Source: Anaeromyxobacter sp.
GTDB lineage: Bacteria; Myxococcota; Myxococcia; Myxococcales; Anaeromyxobacteraceae
Assembly (NCBI GenBank): GCA_049840735.1
Contig: JASGJN010000020.1
Coordinates: 576,001 to 640,000, forward strand
Direction: 5' to 3'
Length of the DNA: 64,000 nucleotides
Part shown: piece by piece, positions 9,625 to 20,330 of the stretch
Numbering within the stretch: the stretch's first letter is position 1
Layout of the letters: each line of letters starts with the position of its first letter
The notes under the pieces: generated by a model
Databases searched by the model: none
What the model was told of the DNA's origin: nothing
Seen by the model: only the letters and a program-made list of their open reading frames with translations
Translations under genes and position numbers: made by a program

Positions 9625-10443
9625 TCAAACCACCGTGAGGCCGCGCGCCCGGAAGACCTCGCGCACCCGCTCCACCGCCTCGGGCGCGGGCGGACGGACG
9701 CCGTCCAGCGCGTAGCGCAGCCCGAGCTTCTTCCACTTGGCCCGGCCCATCTGATGGAACGGCAGCACGTCCACCCGCTCCACGTTGCCCAGCGAGGAGG
9801 CGAAGGCGGCCAGCCCCTCCACGTTGGCGGGGGCGTCGGTCAGCCCCGGCACCAGCACGAAGCGGAGCCAGGTGGGCCGGCGCCGCTCGGCCAGCCGCCG
9901 GGCGAAGGCCAGCACCGGCTCGACCTCGCGCCCGGTGACCTTGAGGTGCGTCTCGGGATCGAAGGACTTGAGGTCGAGCAGCACCAGGTCCGCCGCGGCC
10001 AGCTCCTCGTCGGACAGGCGGTCGCCCAGGTAGCCGTTGGTGTCGAGCGCGGTGTGCAGCCCCTGGGCCTGGCAGCCGCGCAGCACGCGGACCACGAAGC
10101 GCGACTGGACCAGCGGCTCGCCGCCGGTCACGGTCACGCCGCCGCCCGCCGCCGCCATGAACCGCTTGTGGCGGGCCACCCGCTTCACCAGCGCCTCCGC
10201 CTCGGTGGGCTCGCCGCTCCGGACCGTCCAGGTGTCCGGGTTGTGGCAGTAGAGGCAGCGCATCTCGCAGCCGGTGGTCCAGACCACCGTCCGCACGCCC
10301 GGCCCGTCCACCATCGAGCCGGTGGTGACCGAGTGGATGCGCCCCCACGCGCCCGCCGCCGCCAGGTGCTCGGAGGCACCGGCGGCCCCGGAGCCCGGGG
10401 CGCCCTGGGGCGCGGCAGCGGCGGCGAGGGCGCGGTCCGGCAC
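9625..10443 (-). CDS. pflA: Pyruvate formate-lyase activating enzyme (radical SAM)
   Basis: VDGPGVR, CEMRCLYCHNPDTW (CxxxCxxC), TGGEP, DTNG, LPFHQMG; directly downstream of pflB. Confidence 0.95.
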   Translation of the reverse strand: MPDRALAAAAAPQGAPGSGAAGASEHLAAAGAWGRIHSVTTGSMVDGPGVRTVVWTTGCEMRCLYCHNPDTWTVRSGEPTEAEALVKRVARHKRFMAAAGGGVTVTGGEPLVQSRFVVRVLRGCQAQGLHTALDTNGYLGDRLSDEELAAADLVLLDLKSFDPETHLKVTGREVEPVLAFARRLAERRRPTWLRFVLVPGLTDAPANVEGLAAFASSLGNVERVDVLPFHQMGRAKWKKLGLRYALDGVRPPAPEAVERVREVFRARGLTVV

Positions 10444-10446
10444 GGC

Positions 10447-12687
10447 CTACACCCGGTCGTGGAAGGTGCGGTTGATCACGTCCAGCTGCTGCTCGCGCGT
10501 CAGCTTGACGAAGTTCACCGCGTAGCCGGAGACGCGGATGGTGAGCTGCGGGTACTGCTCCGGGTGCTCCATCGCGTCGAGCAGCGTGGCGCGGTCGAGC
10601 ACGTTCACGTTCACCTGGAAGCCGCCCTCGGCGAAGTAGCCGTCGAGCACGCCGGTCAGGTTCTGCACCTGCTCGGTGAACGTGGCGCCCAGGCCGGCCG
10701 GGACCACGGTGGTGGTCCAGGAGATGCCGTCGCGGGCGGCCTCGTAGGGGAGCTTGGCGATGGACATGGCCGCCGCCACCACGCCCTGCGTATCGCGGCC
10801 GTGCATGGGGTTGGCGCCGGGCGCGAAGGGCTCGCCCTGCTTGCGGCCGTCCGGCGTGGAGCCGGTGCTCTTGCCGTAGACCACGTTGGAGGTGATGGTC
10901 AGCACCGACTGCGTGTGCGTCGCGTTGCGGTAGGTCGGGTGCTTGCGCAGCTTCTCCATGAAGGTGCGCACCAGCCAGACGGCGATCTGGTCCACCCGCT
11001 CGTCGTCGTTGCCGTAGTGCGGGAACTCGCCCTCGACGGTGAAGTCCTTCGTGATCCCCTGCTCGTCGCGGACGGCCTTCACCCTGGCGTGGCGGATGGC
11101 GGAGAGGCTGTCGGCCACCACGGAGAGGCCGGCGATGCCGAAGGCCATGGTCCGCAGCGGGTCGTAGTCGTGCAGCGCCATCTCCAGGCGCTCGTACGCG
11201 TAGCGGTCGTGCATGTAGTGGATGCAGTTCATCGCGTTCACGTACACGCCGGCCAGCCAGTCCATCATGGCGTCGAAGCGGGCCTCGACCTCCTTCGTGT
11301 CGAGCACGTCGCCCTGGAGCGGCGGCAGCGCCGGCCCCACCTGCTCGCCGGTCAGCTCGTCGCGGCCGCCGTTGAGCGCGTAGAGCAGGCACTTGGCCAG
11401 GTTCACGCGGGCGCCGAAGAGCTGCATCTGCTGCCCCACGCGCATGGCGGAGACGCAGCAGGCGATGGCGGTGTCGTCGCCGGTCACCGGCCGCATCAGG
11501 TCGTCGCTCTCGTACTGCACCGAGGAGGTCTCGATGGACACCTTGGCGCAGTAGCGCTTGAAGCCCTCCGGCAGCGAGGGCGACCAGAGCACCGTCATGT
11601 TGGGCTCGGGCGCCGGGCCGAGGTTCTCCAGGGTGTGCAGGAAGCGGAAGCTGGTGCGGGTCACCAGCGTGCGCCCGTCCTCGCCCATGCCGCCGATCGA
11701 CTCGGTGACCCAGGTCGGATCGCCGGAGAAGAGCGCGTCGTAGTCGCGGGTGCGGAGGAAGCGGACCAGGCGCAGCTTGATGACCAGGTCGTCCATCAGC
11801 TCCTGCGCGCCGGCCTCGTCCAGCACGCCGCTGGCGAGGTCACGCTGCAGGTAGACGTCCACGAAGGTCGAGGTCCGGCCCAGCGACATGGCGGCGCCGT
11901 TCTGCTCCTTCACCGCGCCCAGGTAGGCGAAGTAGAGCCACTGGATGGCCTCGCGCGCGGTCTTCGCCGGACCGGAGATGTCGCAGCCGTAGGCGGCCGC
12001 CATCTCCTTGAGCTCCTGCAGGGAGCGGATCTGCTCGGCCAGCTCCTCGCGATCGCGGATCACCTCGTCGGTGGAGTGGAGCCTGTCCAGGCCGGCGCGC
12101 TCCACCTTCTTGGCGGCGATGAGCCGATCCACGCCGTAGAGCGGGACGCGGCGGTAGTCGCCGATGATGCGGCCGCGGCCGTAGGCGTCGGGCAGGCCGG
12201 TGATGATGTGGTTCGAGCGGGCCTTGCGGATCTCCGGCGTGTACGCGTCGAACACGCCGTCGTTGTGGGTCTTGCGCCAGCGGGTGAAGACCTCGCGGAG
12301 CCGCGGGTCGGCCTCGAAGCCGTAGGCCTCCAGGCTGGACTCCACCATGCGCCAGCCGCCGTTGGGGAAGATGGCGCGCTTGAGCGGCGCCTCGGTCTGC
12401 AGGCCGACGATCTTCTCCAGGGCCTGGTCGATGTAGCCGGCGCCGTGGGCGGTGATGGAGCTGGGGATCTGCGAGACGTCGAGCACGCCCTTCTTCCGCT
12501 CCTCCTCCAGCAGGGCCTTGGTCTTCTCCCAGACGGCCCGGGTGCGCGGCGTGGGCTCGGCCAGGAAGGCGTCATCGCCGGTGTACGGCGTGTAGTTCCG
12601 CTGGATGAAGTCGCGGACGTCGATCCGCTCCTGCCAGGGGCCTGCCTCGAACGCCTTCCAAGCCTCGATCTCGCGCGCTGCGGCCAT
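10447..12687 (-). CDS. pflB: Pyruvate formate-lyase (formate C-acetyltransferase)
   Basis: [31 protein letters not shown], active-site IACCVS, glycyl-radical motif RVSGYAV; ATG at 12687 after a GAG-rich RBS. Confidence 0.96.
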   Translation of the reverse strand: MAAAREIEAWKAFEAGPWQERIDVRDFIQRNYTPYTGDDAFLAEPTPRTRAVWEKTKALLEEERKKGVLDVSQIPSSITAHGAGYIDQALEKIVGLQTEAPLKRAIFPNGGWRMVESSLEAYGFEADPRLREVFTRWRKTHNDGVFDAYTPEIRKARSNHIITGLPDAYGRGRIIGDYRRVPLYGVDRLIAAKKVERAGLDRLHSTDEVIRDREELAEQIRSLQELKEMAAAYGCDISGPAKTAREAIQWLYFAYLGAVKEQNGAAMSLGRTSTFVDVYLQRDLASGVLDEAGAQELMDDLVIKLRLVRFLRTRDYDALFSGDPTWVTESIGGMGEDGRTLVTRTSFRFLHTLENLGPAPEPNMTVLWSPSLPEGFKRYCAKVSIETSSVQYESDDLMRPVTGDDTAIACCVSAMRVGQQMQLFGARVNLAKCLLYALNGGRDELTGEQVGPALPPLQGDVLDTKEVEARFDAMMDWLAGVYVNAMNCIHYMHDRYAYERLEMALHDYDPLRTMAFGIAGLSVVADSLSAIRHARVKAVRDEQGITKDFTVEGEFPHYGNDDERVDQIAVWLVRTFMEKLRKHPTYRNATHTQSVLTITSNVVYGKSTGSTPDGRKQGEPFAPGANPMHGRDTQGVVAAAMSIAKLPYEAARDGISWTTTVVPAGLGATFTEQVQNLTGVLDGYFAEGGFQVNVNVLDRATLLDAMEHPEQYPQLTIRVSGYAVNFVKLTREQQLDVINRTFHDRV

Positions 12688-12973
12688 CTCGGTTTCTCGC
12701 TCCTCTGCCGGGCGGGCTCGGGGCCCCCAGGCTCGAAAAAGACGGCTGCACCTACCACGGGCACGCTCCCCTTTCCAAGCCTCGCCCGGGGCCGCATTTC
12801 CTGCGCAACCCTTTGCCGCGCCACGCCAATTTTCCGCCACCCACGCGTGGCGCCACCTCCAGGTTGCGCGGCGCTGTGTCCCAGGTCGTCGTCGCCGCAC
12901 CTGGGCAGTCGCGAGCCCCCAGAAGCGATAGAACACATGTCGCGCACCGTGCGCCCGGAGGAAGATCAGCGTC

Positions 12974-15900
12974 ATGCCGAACCGCCCCACGCCTTCGCCC
13001 ACGCTGGACCAGGAGCTGGTCCGCTACATCAACCTCAAGCTCTCGGCCCTCGGTGAGGCCCCCAGCGCGGCCACCGCTGACCCGCACTTCATGGAGATCG
13101 CGGGGCCGCTGCTGCAGAACCACTGCTACAAGGACCAGCTGCTCGGGTGGCCCCTCTGCCCGGTGGACGCCCGCATCCAGGCCTTCCTGGATCGCTACCT
13201 CGCGCCGGAGGGCGCGCCGCGGCTGCCCGGGCGCACCTTCGCGCTCGACCGGCCCGGCCTGGCCCGCACGCTCTCGCTGCCGGCCACCGCCGACCAGTTC
13301 GCCTCGCCCTACCTGACCTCGTACCGGCTGCAGCAGGGGGTCCTGCACAACCCCAAGGCCGACCGCCGCACCACGCAGGGGGTCTTCCACGTGGCCGAGG
13401 GCGGCCTCCCGGTGCCGGACGACAAGCTCTCGGTGCCCAAGGCCACCTTCGCGAAGCTGCTGGCTGCGGCCCTGAAGCCGCCGCCGGACGTGCTCACCGT
13501 CCCCTTCACCGCCGACCAGCCGGAGGTGGCGCGCCTCTTCGTCTCGCTGCTGCTCCGGCCGCTGGTCTGCCCGGCCACCGATCGCGATCCCCAGAAGCGG
13601 ATGGAGATCCGCTTCTTCGCGCCGGGCTCGCTGGTCTCGAACCTCGACTTCGTCGAGACCATCTTCGGCAACGGCGGCGACCCGTACCTGCCGGAGAACG
13701 ACGCTGCGCTGGACGTGCTGGGGTGGACCGGTCACACCGGCTGCGTGATCCTGGCTCCGCACCTGGTGGACGTGCGCGCCAAGGACGTCGGGCTGCCCCA
13801 CTTCGACCAGGCCACCGAGCGGCAGCGCCGCGACGGCATGTTCTGGCGCAAGGCCGACGACAAGTACAACGGCGGCAAGGCGTTCAAGGTGACGGCCCGC
13901 GACGTGAGCGGCGTGTGCGTCACCGTCATCGCCGACAACTACTACGGCTACTGCAAGAAGGAGGTGAAGACGCAGATCTCCTTCGCCGCCAACCTGTACG
14001 GCCTCTCCGAGGAGGAGCACGCCGGCGGCGCCATCGCCTACCCGACCTAGGTGCTCGGCCAGGACTTCTTCGCCGACCGCAGCTTCGAGCCCTCCGGCAT
14101 CACCTACGAGCAGGGGCTGGCGCTGCTGGGCGACCGCGCCGAGCCGCAGCCCGGGCCGCTACGCGGTGGACCGCCAGCACCCGGACATCTTCTACGTGCC
14201 GGAGAACGCCGAGTTCCACGTCCGCGAGGGCCTGGTGGCGTGGCAGCACGAGGGGCAGCGCCGCACGCTCACGCTGCGCGCCACCGACACCTACGTGCTG
14301 CCCTCCGGCTACCGCGTGCACCTCGAGAAGCAGCCGCGGCGGCACCGCCTGGCGGCTCATCGGCACCCGCGCCGACGGCGTGCTCTGCCACAAGCCGTGC
14401 ACGGTCTCCGGCGGCGGCAAGTCGGAGATCTCGAAGTCGCTCGCCTCGATCATCGAGCGCGCGCCCATCTTCGTGAAGGACTACCGCGCGACATGGACGT
14501 GGTGGAGGGATCGTCAAGCGTGACTTCTCCACCATCTACAAGGACAGCCGGAGACGCGCGCGCCACACGCCCGATCCTCAGCCCGGAGCGCTCGCTCGGC
14601 TCGGTGATCAAGCTGCTCACGCCTTCCGATGAGTACACCGATGAGTACAACGAATGGCTTGAGGCCCTGCCGCAGACCATCCGGCAGCTGGTGTTCACGC
14701 GTGAAGCGGCTACTACCAGCCGGAGTGGGGCGACGAGCTGGCGCGAGCATTTCACCGTCGATCGCGTGAACGGCTTCCCCGGGCACGAGCTGAAGTTCGA
14801 CAACCACAAGCTGGTAGCCAACTACCTGCGGGTCGGCTTCGAGCCGAAGAGCGGCTCCTGGCGCATCTACAAGCTGCGCCCGGACTTCCACCCGGCCAGA
14901 CAAAGTCCAGGTGGAGGACGACATCACCGCCTCGGTGACCGTGCCGCGCGAGCGCGTGGACCGGCTCGACCGAGAGTACTGCCCAACCCGAGCGTCAAGC
15001 TGGTGGCGAACTGCGAAGGCCTACCTGTTCCAGCGTCCGGACGACGCCGTCGCACACGCGGTTTCGACGCCCAGGCCGAAGTCGACATCGCCAGCCCGGG
15101 CACGTTCCTCTCCAACTTCGAGCCGCTCACAGCCGGGCCCAGGCCCAGGCCATGGTCGACCACGTGGTCGAGTTCGACCAGTACACCACCCCCATGAAGC
15201 GGCTGCTGGAGGGGTTCGTGGCGGCCGGCCAGACGCAGTTCGTGGCCTCGTCCGCCCACCCGCGCATGGTGGACGGCAAGCCCTCGAAGAATCCGCGCTA
15301 CCTGCAGCGCCGGCCTGACGAGGTCCGCCCCCGCGAGACCTACCTGGCCGAGATCGGCGAGCGGCTCGAAGCGGAAGGTCCCGGCCTCCCGCCCGCTGCT
15401 CATGCCGGTGCACGCCGTGCTGGCGGGGCGCCGCAACAACCCGCCCCAGCCCGAGATCGGCCTGCCCCCGCTGGCGGTCTACAGCCCCATCCACTACCAG
15501 GAGCTGCCCGAGCTGTTCATGGACTTCGTGTCCAGCCTCACGGGCAAGTCCCCCTCGACCACCGGCTTCGGCACCGAGGGCGCGCTCACCAAGGCGCCGT
15601 TCAACGCGCTCTGGCCGGTGGTGGACCTGAACAACGCGCTGGTGTCGTTCATCCTCACCGGCTACGCCGGCTTCACCACCGCCGCCGGCCACGTCGGCCC
15701 CGACTACCGGGTCGATCACGACATCAGCATGCTGGTGCCGGAGATCTGGTGCCGGATGAAGGGCGGCGAGCGCGAGGCCAAGGACCTGATCGAGGGCGGC
15801 TACCTCGAGAAGGTGGAGGACTTCGAGCTGGGCGGCCGCAAGGTGCTGGCCAGCCGCCTCGGCTACCGGATCACCTCCCGCTTCGTGGACCACTACCTGG

Positions 15901-16400
15901 GCCGCCTCTTCGAGACGCCCAGCACCGTGTTCACCCCAGAGATGCTCCGCCCCGAGCTGCAGGGGCGCGAGGTCTTCGCCGCCGGCGTCGACTCGATCGT
16001 GGAGGCCCAGACCCGGGTCGCCCGCGGCTACTTCGAGGACGGCAGCATCGAGGCCGCCTGCCCGCCGCTCGAGGCCCTGCTCCACGTCATGGCGCACGGC
16101 CAGTACGAGGGCATGGGCATCGACAACCCCAAGCTCCGCGCGCTCTTCACCCGCGAGGCGCTGCTCAAGAGCGAGTGGTACCGCGAGCGGCTCCGCACCA
16201 AGCAGCAGCGCGACATCGAGCTGTGGAAGCGCCACGTGGCCGCGCTGGAGGCCTTCCAGCCCGTCTCCGCCGGCGCCCTGCGCGACCTCGACGCCCGCCG
16301 CGCCGCCGCGCGCGACGGCCTGGCCCGCGTCAGCGCGCCGGCCTACCTCGACGAGCTGGTGGGCACCATCGGCGCGGATCCGCTGACGAAGCAGGTCTGA
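12974..16400 (+). CDS. PPi-dependent phosphoenolpyruvate carboxykinase (~1140 aa); interrupted by an in-frame TAG at 14048-14050 and several frameshifts at 14.1-15.4 kb
   Basis: [82 protein letters not shown] (alternate frame), [25 protein letters not shown]; recognised as the Propionibacterium/Entamoeba-type PPi-PEPCK family. Confidence 0.85.
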
Positions 16401-16428
16401 TCGCGGCGGGCTGCGTTGCCCGCGGGCG

Positions 16429-16476
16429 CCGTTCGGCCTGAGCGCAGGGCCGCGCAGCGGCCCGCAGTCGAAGGCC
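16429..16476 (+). repeat. REP-like palindromic element (CCGTTC..CTGAGC..GTCGAAG family)
   Basis: ccgttc-ggcct-gagc-gcag-ggccgc-gca-gcggcc-cgca-gtcga-aggcc; near reverse complement of 25122-25171. Confidence 0.8.
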
Positions 16477-16484
16477 AGGGACAA

Positions 16485-16524
16485 GAACCCCGATCGCCGC
16501 GAGGCGGTCGGGGTTTCTGCTTTC
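16485..16524 (+). terminator. Rho-independent terminator after the PPi-PEPCK gene
   Basis: Stem gaaccccgatcgcc / ggcggtcggggtttc with GCGA tetraloop, followed by T-rich tttctgcttt. Confidence 0.7.
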
Positions 16525-16683
16525 AGCGCCGAGCAACTTGATTCGGGCTGATATGGTCAGGGCTGCGGCAGGAGGACCTTCCCGTGAAGATCTACAGGCG
16601 CAGCCGGCGCCGGGCTTCGATTGGGTCACTCCTGTGAACGATGACGCCCTCGACGCAGCCAGCGCCCACTGCTCGACCACGCC

Positions 16684-17070
16684 ATGCCCCGGAACCTCTG
16701 CATCGAGTTCCACGACTCCACGGTCCACGGCATCCGCATGGCCGGCCCGGACGCGATCGTGGAGATCTCCGTCTACGTGCACAGCAGCGCTGGGGTCCCG
16801 GGCGTCGACCCGGGGCTGGGCTGGTTCCAGGCGGCGGAGCTGATCCTGTCGGAGGGCGTGATCGAGCACGCCCCCTCCGGTTTCCCGCTTGCGCTCTTCG
16901 ATGGCGTCCTCGCAATCGACTCCGACCGCTTCGACGACGGCCCACCCTTGCCGCTCGACCGGGCAGGCCAGGTGCGTCTGGAGCTGCAGGGGAACAGCGA
17001 GCTGGTGATGGTGGGCACCCGGATCCGCTGTGAGCTCAGGGGCGCGCCGGGCGAGCCCGAGGAGACCTAG
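16684..17070 (+). CDS. Hypothetical protein (128 aa, acidic, beta-rich pattern)
   Basis: Open frame with normal GC3 bias and globular composition (IEFHDS..VYVHSSAGVPGVDPGLGWFQ); no family recognised. Confidence 0.65.
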   Translation: MPRNLCIEFHDSTVHGIRMAGPDAIVEISVYVHSSAGVPGVDPGLGWFQAAELILSEGVIEHAPSGFPLALFDGVLAIDSDRFDDGPPLPLDRAGQVRLELQGNSELVMVGTRIRCELRGAPGEPEET

Positions 17071-17281
17071 GGGAGATTGGGGTCGATTCGCTCCCCAGAT
17101 CGCCACCACGAGAATCCGGTTTCGGGCACACTCTGGAAACTCCAGGGCATCGCGACGATTGAGAGGCCACTGGTCGTCAGATGCGGACGGCTGCCCGCCT
17201 GGCCTCGGTGCCGTTGCCCCGCTCGGCGTCGTCCCTCCGCGCCTCCGGAGCGGCCGCTTCGCTCGGACTTGCTGCGGCCCG

Positions 17282-17469
17282 GCCGACCGGGCCGCTCCGC
17301 GCGCGGGCCGGACTCCGTGTCATCGCGAGCCGGGCACAACGCAGGCCCCTCGCCGACCGGTGAGCGGTCCACTCCCGCGCCGTGCTTGAAGGTGTCGGTC
17401 GGCGAGGGGCCTTTGGACGGGTGCCCGGCTCGCACCGCTGGACGCGTGCCGCGCGCGCACCTGGTCGGC
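17282..17469. other. ~190-nt nested inverted repeat (rod-like hairpin); candidate ncRNA or MITE
   Basis: Perfect pairings 17343-17359/17396-17412 (17 bp), 17325-17337/17421-17433 (13 bp), 17299-17306/17449-17456 (8 bp), 17282-17288/17463-17469 (7 bp). Confidence 0.6.
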
Positions 17470-17902
17470 GTGTGATGCGGGCCTCCGCGAAAGTCCTCGC
17501 TTCGCGGCCGTCCTGCGGCGCTCCGAGACTTGCTGCGGCGATCGCTGCGCGGGTGATCCGTCGGAGCCGCGGCCATCCTGGTGCCGGCCTCAAATGACCC
17601 GCTCCAAAGCCCTCTCACCCTCCCTCAGCACGGCGCCGCCCGCGGCGCTGGGGCAGGGGCTCCCCGGCGCCCTGTGCCGCCGGAGGGACAACACGCGTCT
17701 CGGCAACGGCATCAACGCCGGCAGCGTCGCCACGCCCGACTTCACCTTCTCGTCCCTCGAGCTCCCTGGCCCTCCGGAAGGTCGGTCGGCTCGTCCAAGA
17801 CCAGCCGCCCTCCCCTCACCTGTGCCTTGAGCGCCTTCATGCGACCCTCATCACACGCGTTCCCCTGACGAACCGCAGGGGGCCGAGCGCTCCTCCGGCC
17901 CC

Positions 17903-19521
17903 CTACCCCACCGCGATCACCACTCCCTCGTACGCCCCCAGCATCCGCTGCGCCCCGGTCCGCGCCGGCGCGTCCGCCCGCGACGAGATGACCAGCCTCG
18001 CGTCCGCCGGCACCGGCACCTCCACCGGCCGGGGCGCGAAGTTCACCAGGACCCGCAGCCGCTCGCCCTCCACCGCGCGATCGAAGGCCAGCACGTCCGC
18101 CGGCGCCGCGGCGGGCACGAAGGCGCCGCGGTGGAGTGCGGGTGGGCCCGGCGCGCCTCCAGCAGCCGGCGCGTCAAGGCCAGCATGCCGGCCGGATCCT
18201 CGCGCTGCGCCTCCACGTTGCGCGTGGCGTGGTCGGCGTGGAGCGGCAGCCAGGGCTTCACGCCGGGTGCCGTGAACCCGGCGAGCGGGCCAGGGTCCCA
18301 GGCCATGGGCGTGCGGCAGGGGTCGCGCCCCAGCCCCAGCCCCTGCACGTTCCTGCCCCAGGGGTCCTGCGCCTCCTCGGGCGGGACCGGCACGTCGGTC
18401 ATCCCCAGCTCGTCGCCGTAGTAGAGCGTGGGCGTGCCGCGCAGCGTGAGCAGCAGCACCATGGCGGCGCGGGCCGCCTCCGGCCCGACGCGCGTGGCGA
18501 TGCGCTGCTCGTCGTGGTTGCCCAGCACCCAGTTCGGCCAGGCGCCCGCGGGCAGCGAGGCCTCCAGCGCGTCCACCACCACCCGCACCGCCGCCGCGTT
18601 CCAGGGCGTGGAGAGGAGCTTGAAGTTGAACGGCATGTGCAGCTCGTCCAGCTCCGCGCCGTAGTAGCTGGCCCAGGCCGAGAGGTCGTGGTGGTGGATC
18701 TCCCCGATGGCCACCTTGTCGCCCCCGCGGGCGTCGAGCAGCCTGCGCAGCTCGCGGAAGACGCCGTGGACGTCGTCGTGGCCGCGGTCGTGGAGGTGCA
18801 GCTGGCGGCCCCAGTCGCCGGTGTCCTTGTGGAAGGTGCGCAGCCCCTCCGGCACCGGCGGGTTGTCGCGCAGGGCCGGGTCCTTCATCACCGCGTGGGC
18901 CACGTCGATCCGGAAGCCGTCCACGCCGCGGTCGAGCCAGAAGTCGAGCGTGGCCAGCATGGCCCTTCGCAGCTCGGGGTTGCGCCAGTTGAGGTCGGGC
19001 TGCTCGCGCAGGAAGGAGTGCAGGTACCACTGCCCGGAGGCCGGGTCGAAGGTCCAGGCCGGCCCGCCGAAGGCGGAGAGCCAGTTGTTGGGCGGCGAGC
19101 CGCCCGGGCGCCCGTCGCGCCAGACGTACCAGTCTCGCCGCGGGCTCCGCCGGCTGCCGCGCGAGTCGAGGAACCACGGGTGCTGGTCGCTGCTGTGGTT
19201 GGGCACCCAGTCGACGATCACCTTCAGGCCCAGCCGGTGGGCCTCGGCGGCCAGCCGGTCGAAGTCGGCCAGGGTTCCGAAGATGGGATCGACGTCGCAG
19301 TAGTCGCTGACGTCGTAGCCGAAGTCCTTCATCGGCGAGCGGTAGAAGGGTGAGATCCAGACCGCGTCCACGCCCAGCCAGGCCAGGTACGCCAGGCGGG
19401 CGGTGATGCCCGGCAGGTCGCCCACGCCGTCGCCGTTCGAGTCCTGGAAGCTGCGCGGGTAGACCTGGTAGACGACGCCGGTCTGCCACCACCGGGCCGC
19501 GGTCGGGAGGGAGCGGGACAT
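17903..19521 (-). CDS. GH13 alpha-glucosidase/oligo-1,6-glucosidase-like enzyme; frameshift near 18140
   Basis: WWQTGVVYQVYPRSFQDSNGDGVGDL, DWVPNH, QPDLNW, DGFRID, IGE, LGNHD; C-terminal beta domain lies in the frame of ORF 17903..19492. Confidence 0.92.
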
Positions 19522-19886
19522 GCCAGGGAGCTTAACGTTCCGTGCACGAGGCCGGGGCTCGCTCCGGCCAGCCGCCCCCACCGAACCCGGAGGGGCAGCG
19601 ACCTGGTCACGGGGCGCACCGCCTGGCGGACCCCATCTGGATCCACCAGCGACCGCTCGCCGCCCCGTCGCCGGTGGGTCCGCGGTGCGCGGGGGTCAGG
19701 GGGCTGGGGTCCGGGGGACCTGCCCGCACCCAACGCACGGGGCGGACGGGCCCTGAACCGCGGCCGGCCTCCCCTGCTAACCCCCCGTGATCGCACCGCT
19801 GCCACGTCCACAAAGCCGCGATTTGACGTGGTTCGTTCCCTGCATCGGCAGACCGCGGCGGCGCAGGCCTGCCGCCGGAGCCTCCC

Positions 19887-20330
19887 GTGACCCCCACCCA
19901 GGCACCTCCCCCCGAGCGCACGTCGATCCTGCTGGTGGACGACGACCCCTCCCTGCTCCGCGCCTTCGCGCGCGTGTTCGGGCAGGTCTGGGACATCCAG
20001 GGAGCCTCCTCCGGCGAGGAGGCGCTGCAGCTGCTGGCCCAGCGCCGCTTCGACGTGGCCATCGTGGACTACTCGATGCCGGGCATGGACGGCGTCGAGC
20101 TGCTGCGCCGGCTGGCCGACGACCACCCCACCACCGCGCGCCTCATGCTCACCGCCTACGCCGACCTGCCCGGCGTGGTGGCGCAGCGCGACCTGGGGCT
20201 GGCCGCGGCCGTGCTCACCAAGCCCTGGGAGCGCGCCGACGTCGAGAAGGCGATCAACCGGGCGCTCCAGCTCACGGCCATGCAGCGGGCCGTCAACCAG
20301 ATGCGCCGGCGCGTCGATCGCCCGGGGTGA
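19887..20330 (+). CDS. Single-domain response regulator (REC)
   Basis: ILLVDDD, IVDYSMPGMDG, LTAY, TKPW. Confidence 0.88.
   Translation: MTPTQAPPPERTSILLVDDDPSLLRAFARVFGQVWDIQGASSGEEALQLLAQRRFDVAIVDYSMPGMDGVELLRRLADDHPTTARLMLTAYADLPGVVAQRDLGLAAAVLTKPWERADVEKAINRALQLTAMQRAVNQMRRRVDRPG

Noticed and set aside
12688..12973. Sigma-54 promoter or FNR box between pflB and PEPCK
   Set aside because: TGGC..TTGC candidates lack the GG-N10-GC spacing and no TTGAT-N4-ATCAA is present.
14048..14050. In-frame TAG as stop-codon recoding (pyrrolysine or alternative code)
   Set aside because: TAG ends many normal genes here (pflB, pfp, yebC, BMP), no pyl genes are present, and the codon borders an error-rich patch; a TAC miscall is simpler.
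17594..17830. 78-aa ORF MTRSKALSPS..
   Set aside because: No clear RBS or motif and low-complexity ends; may be a remnant but cannot be supported as a gene.
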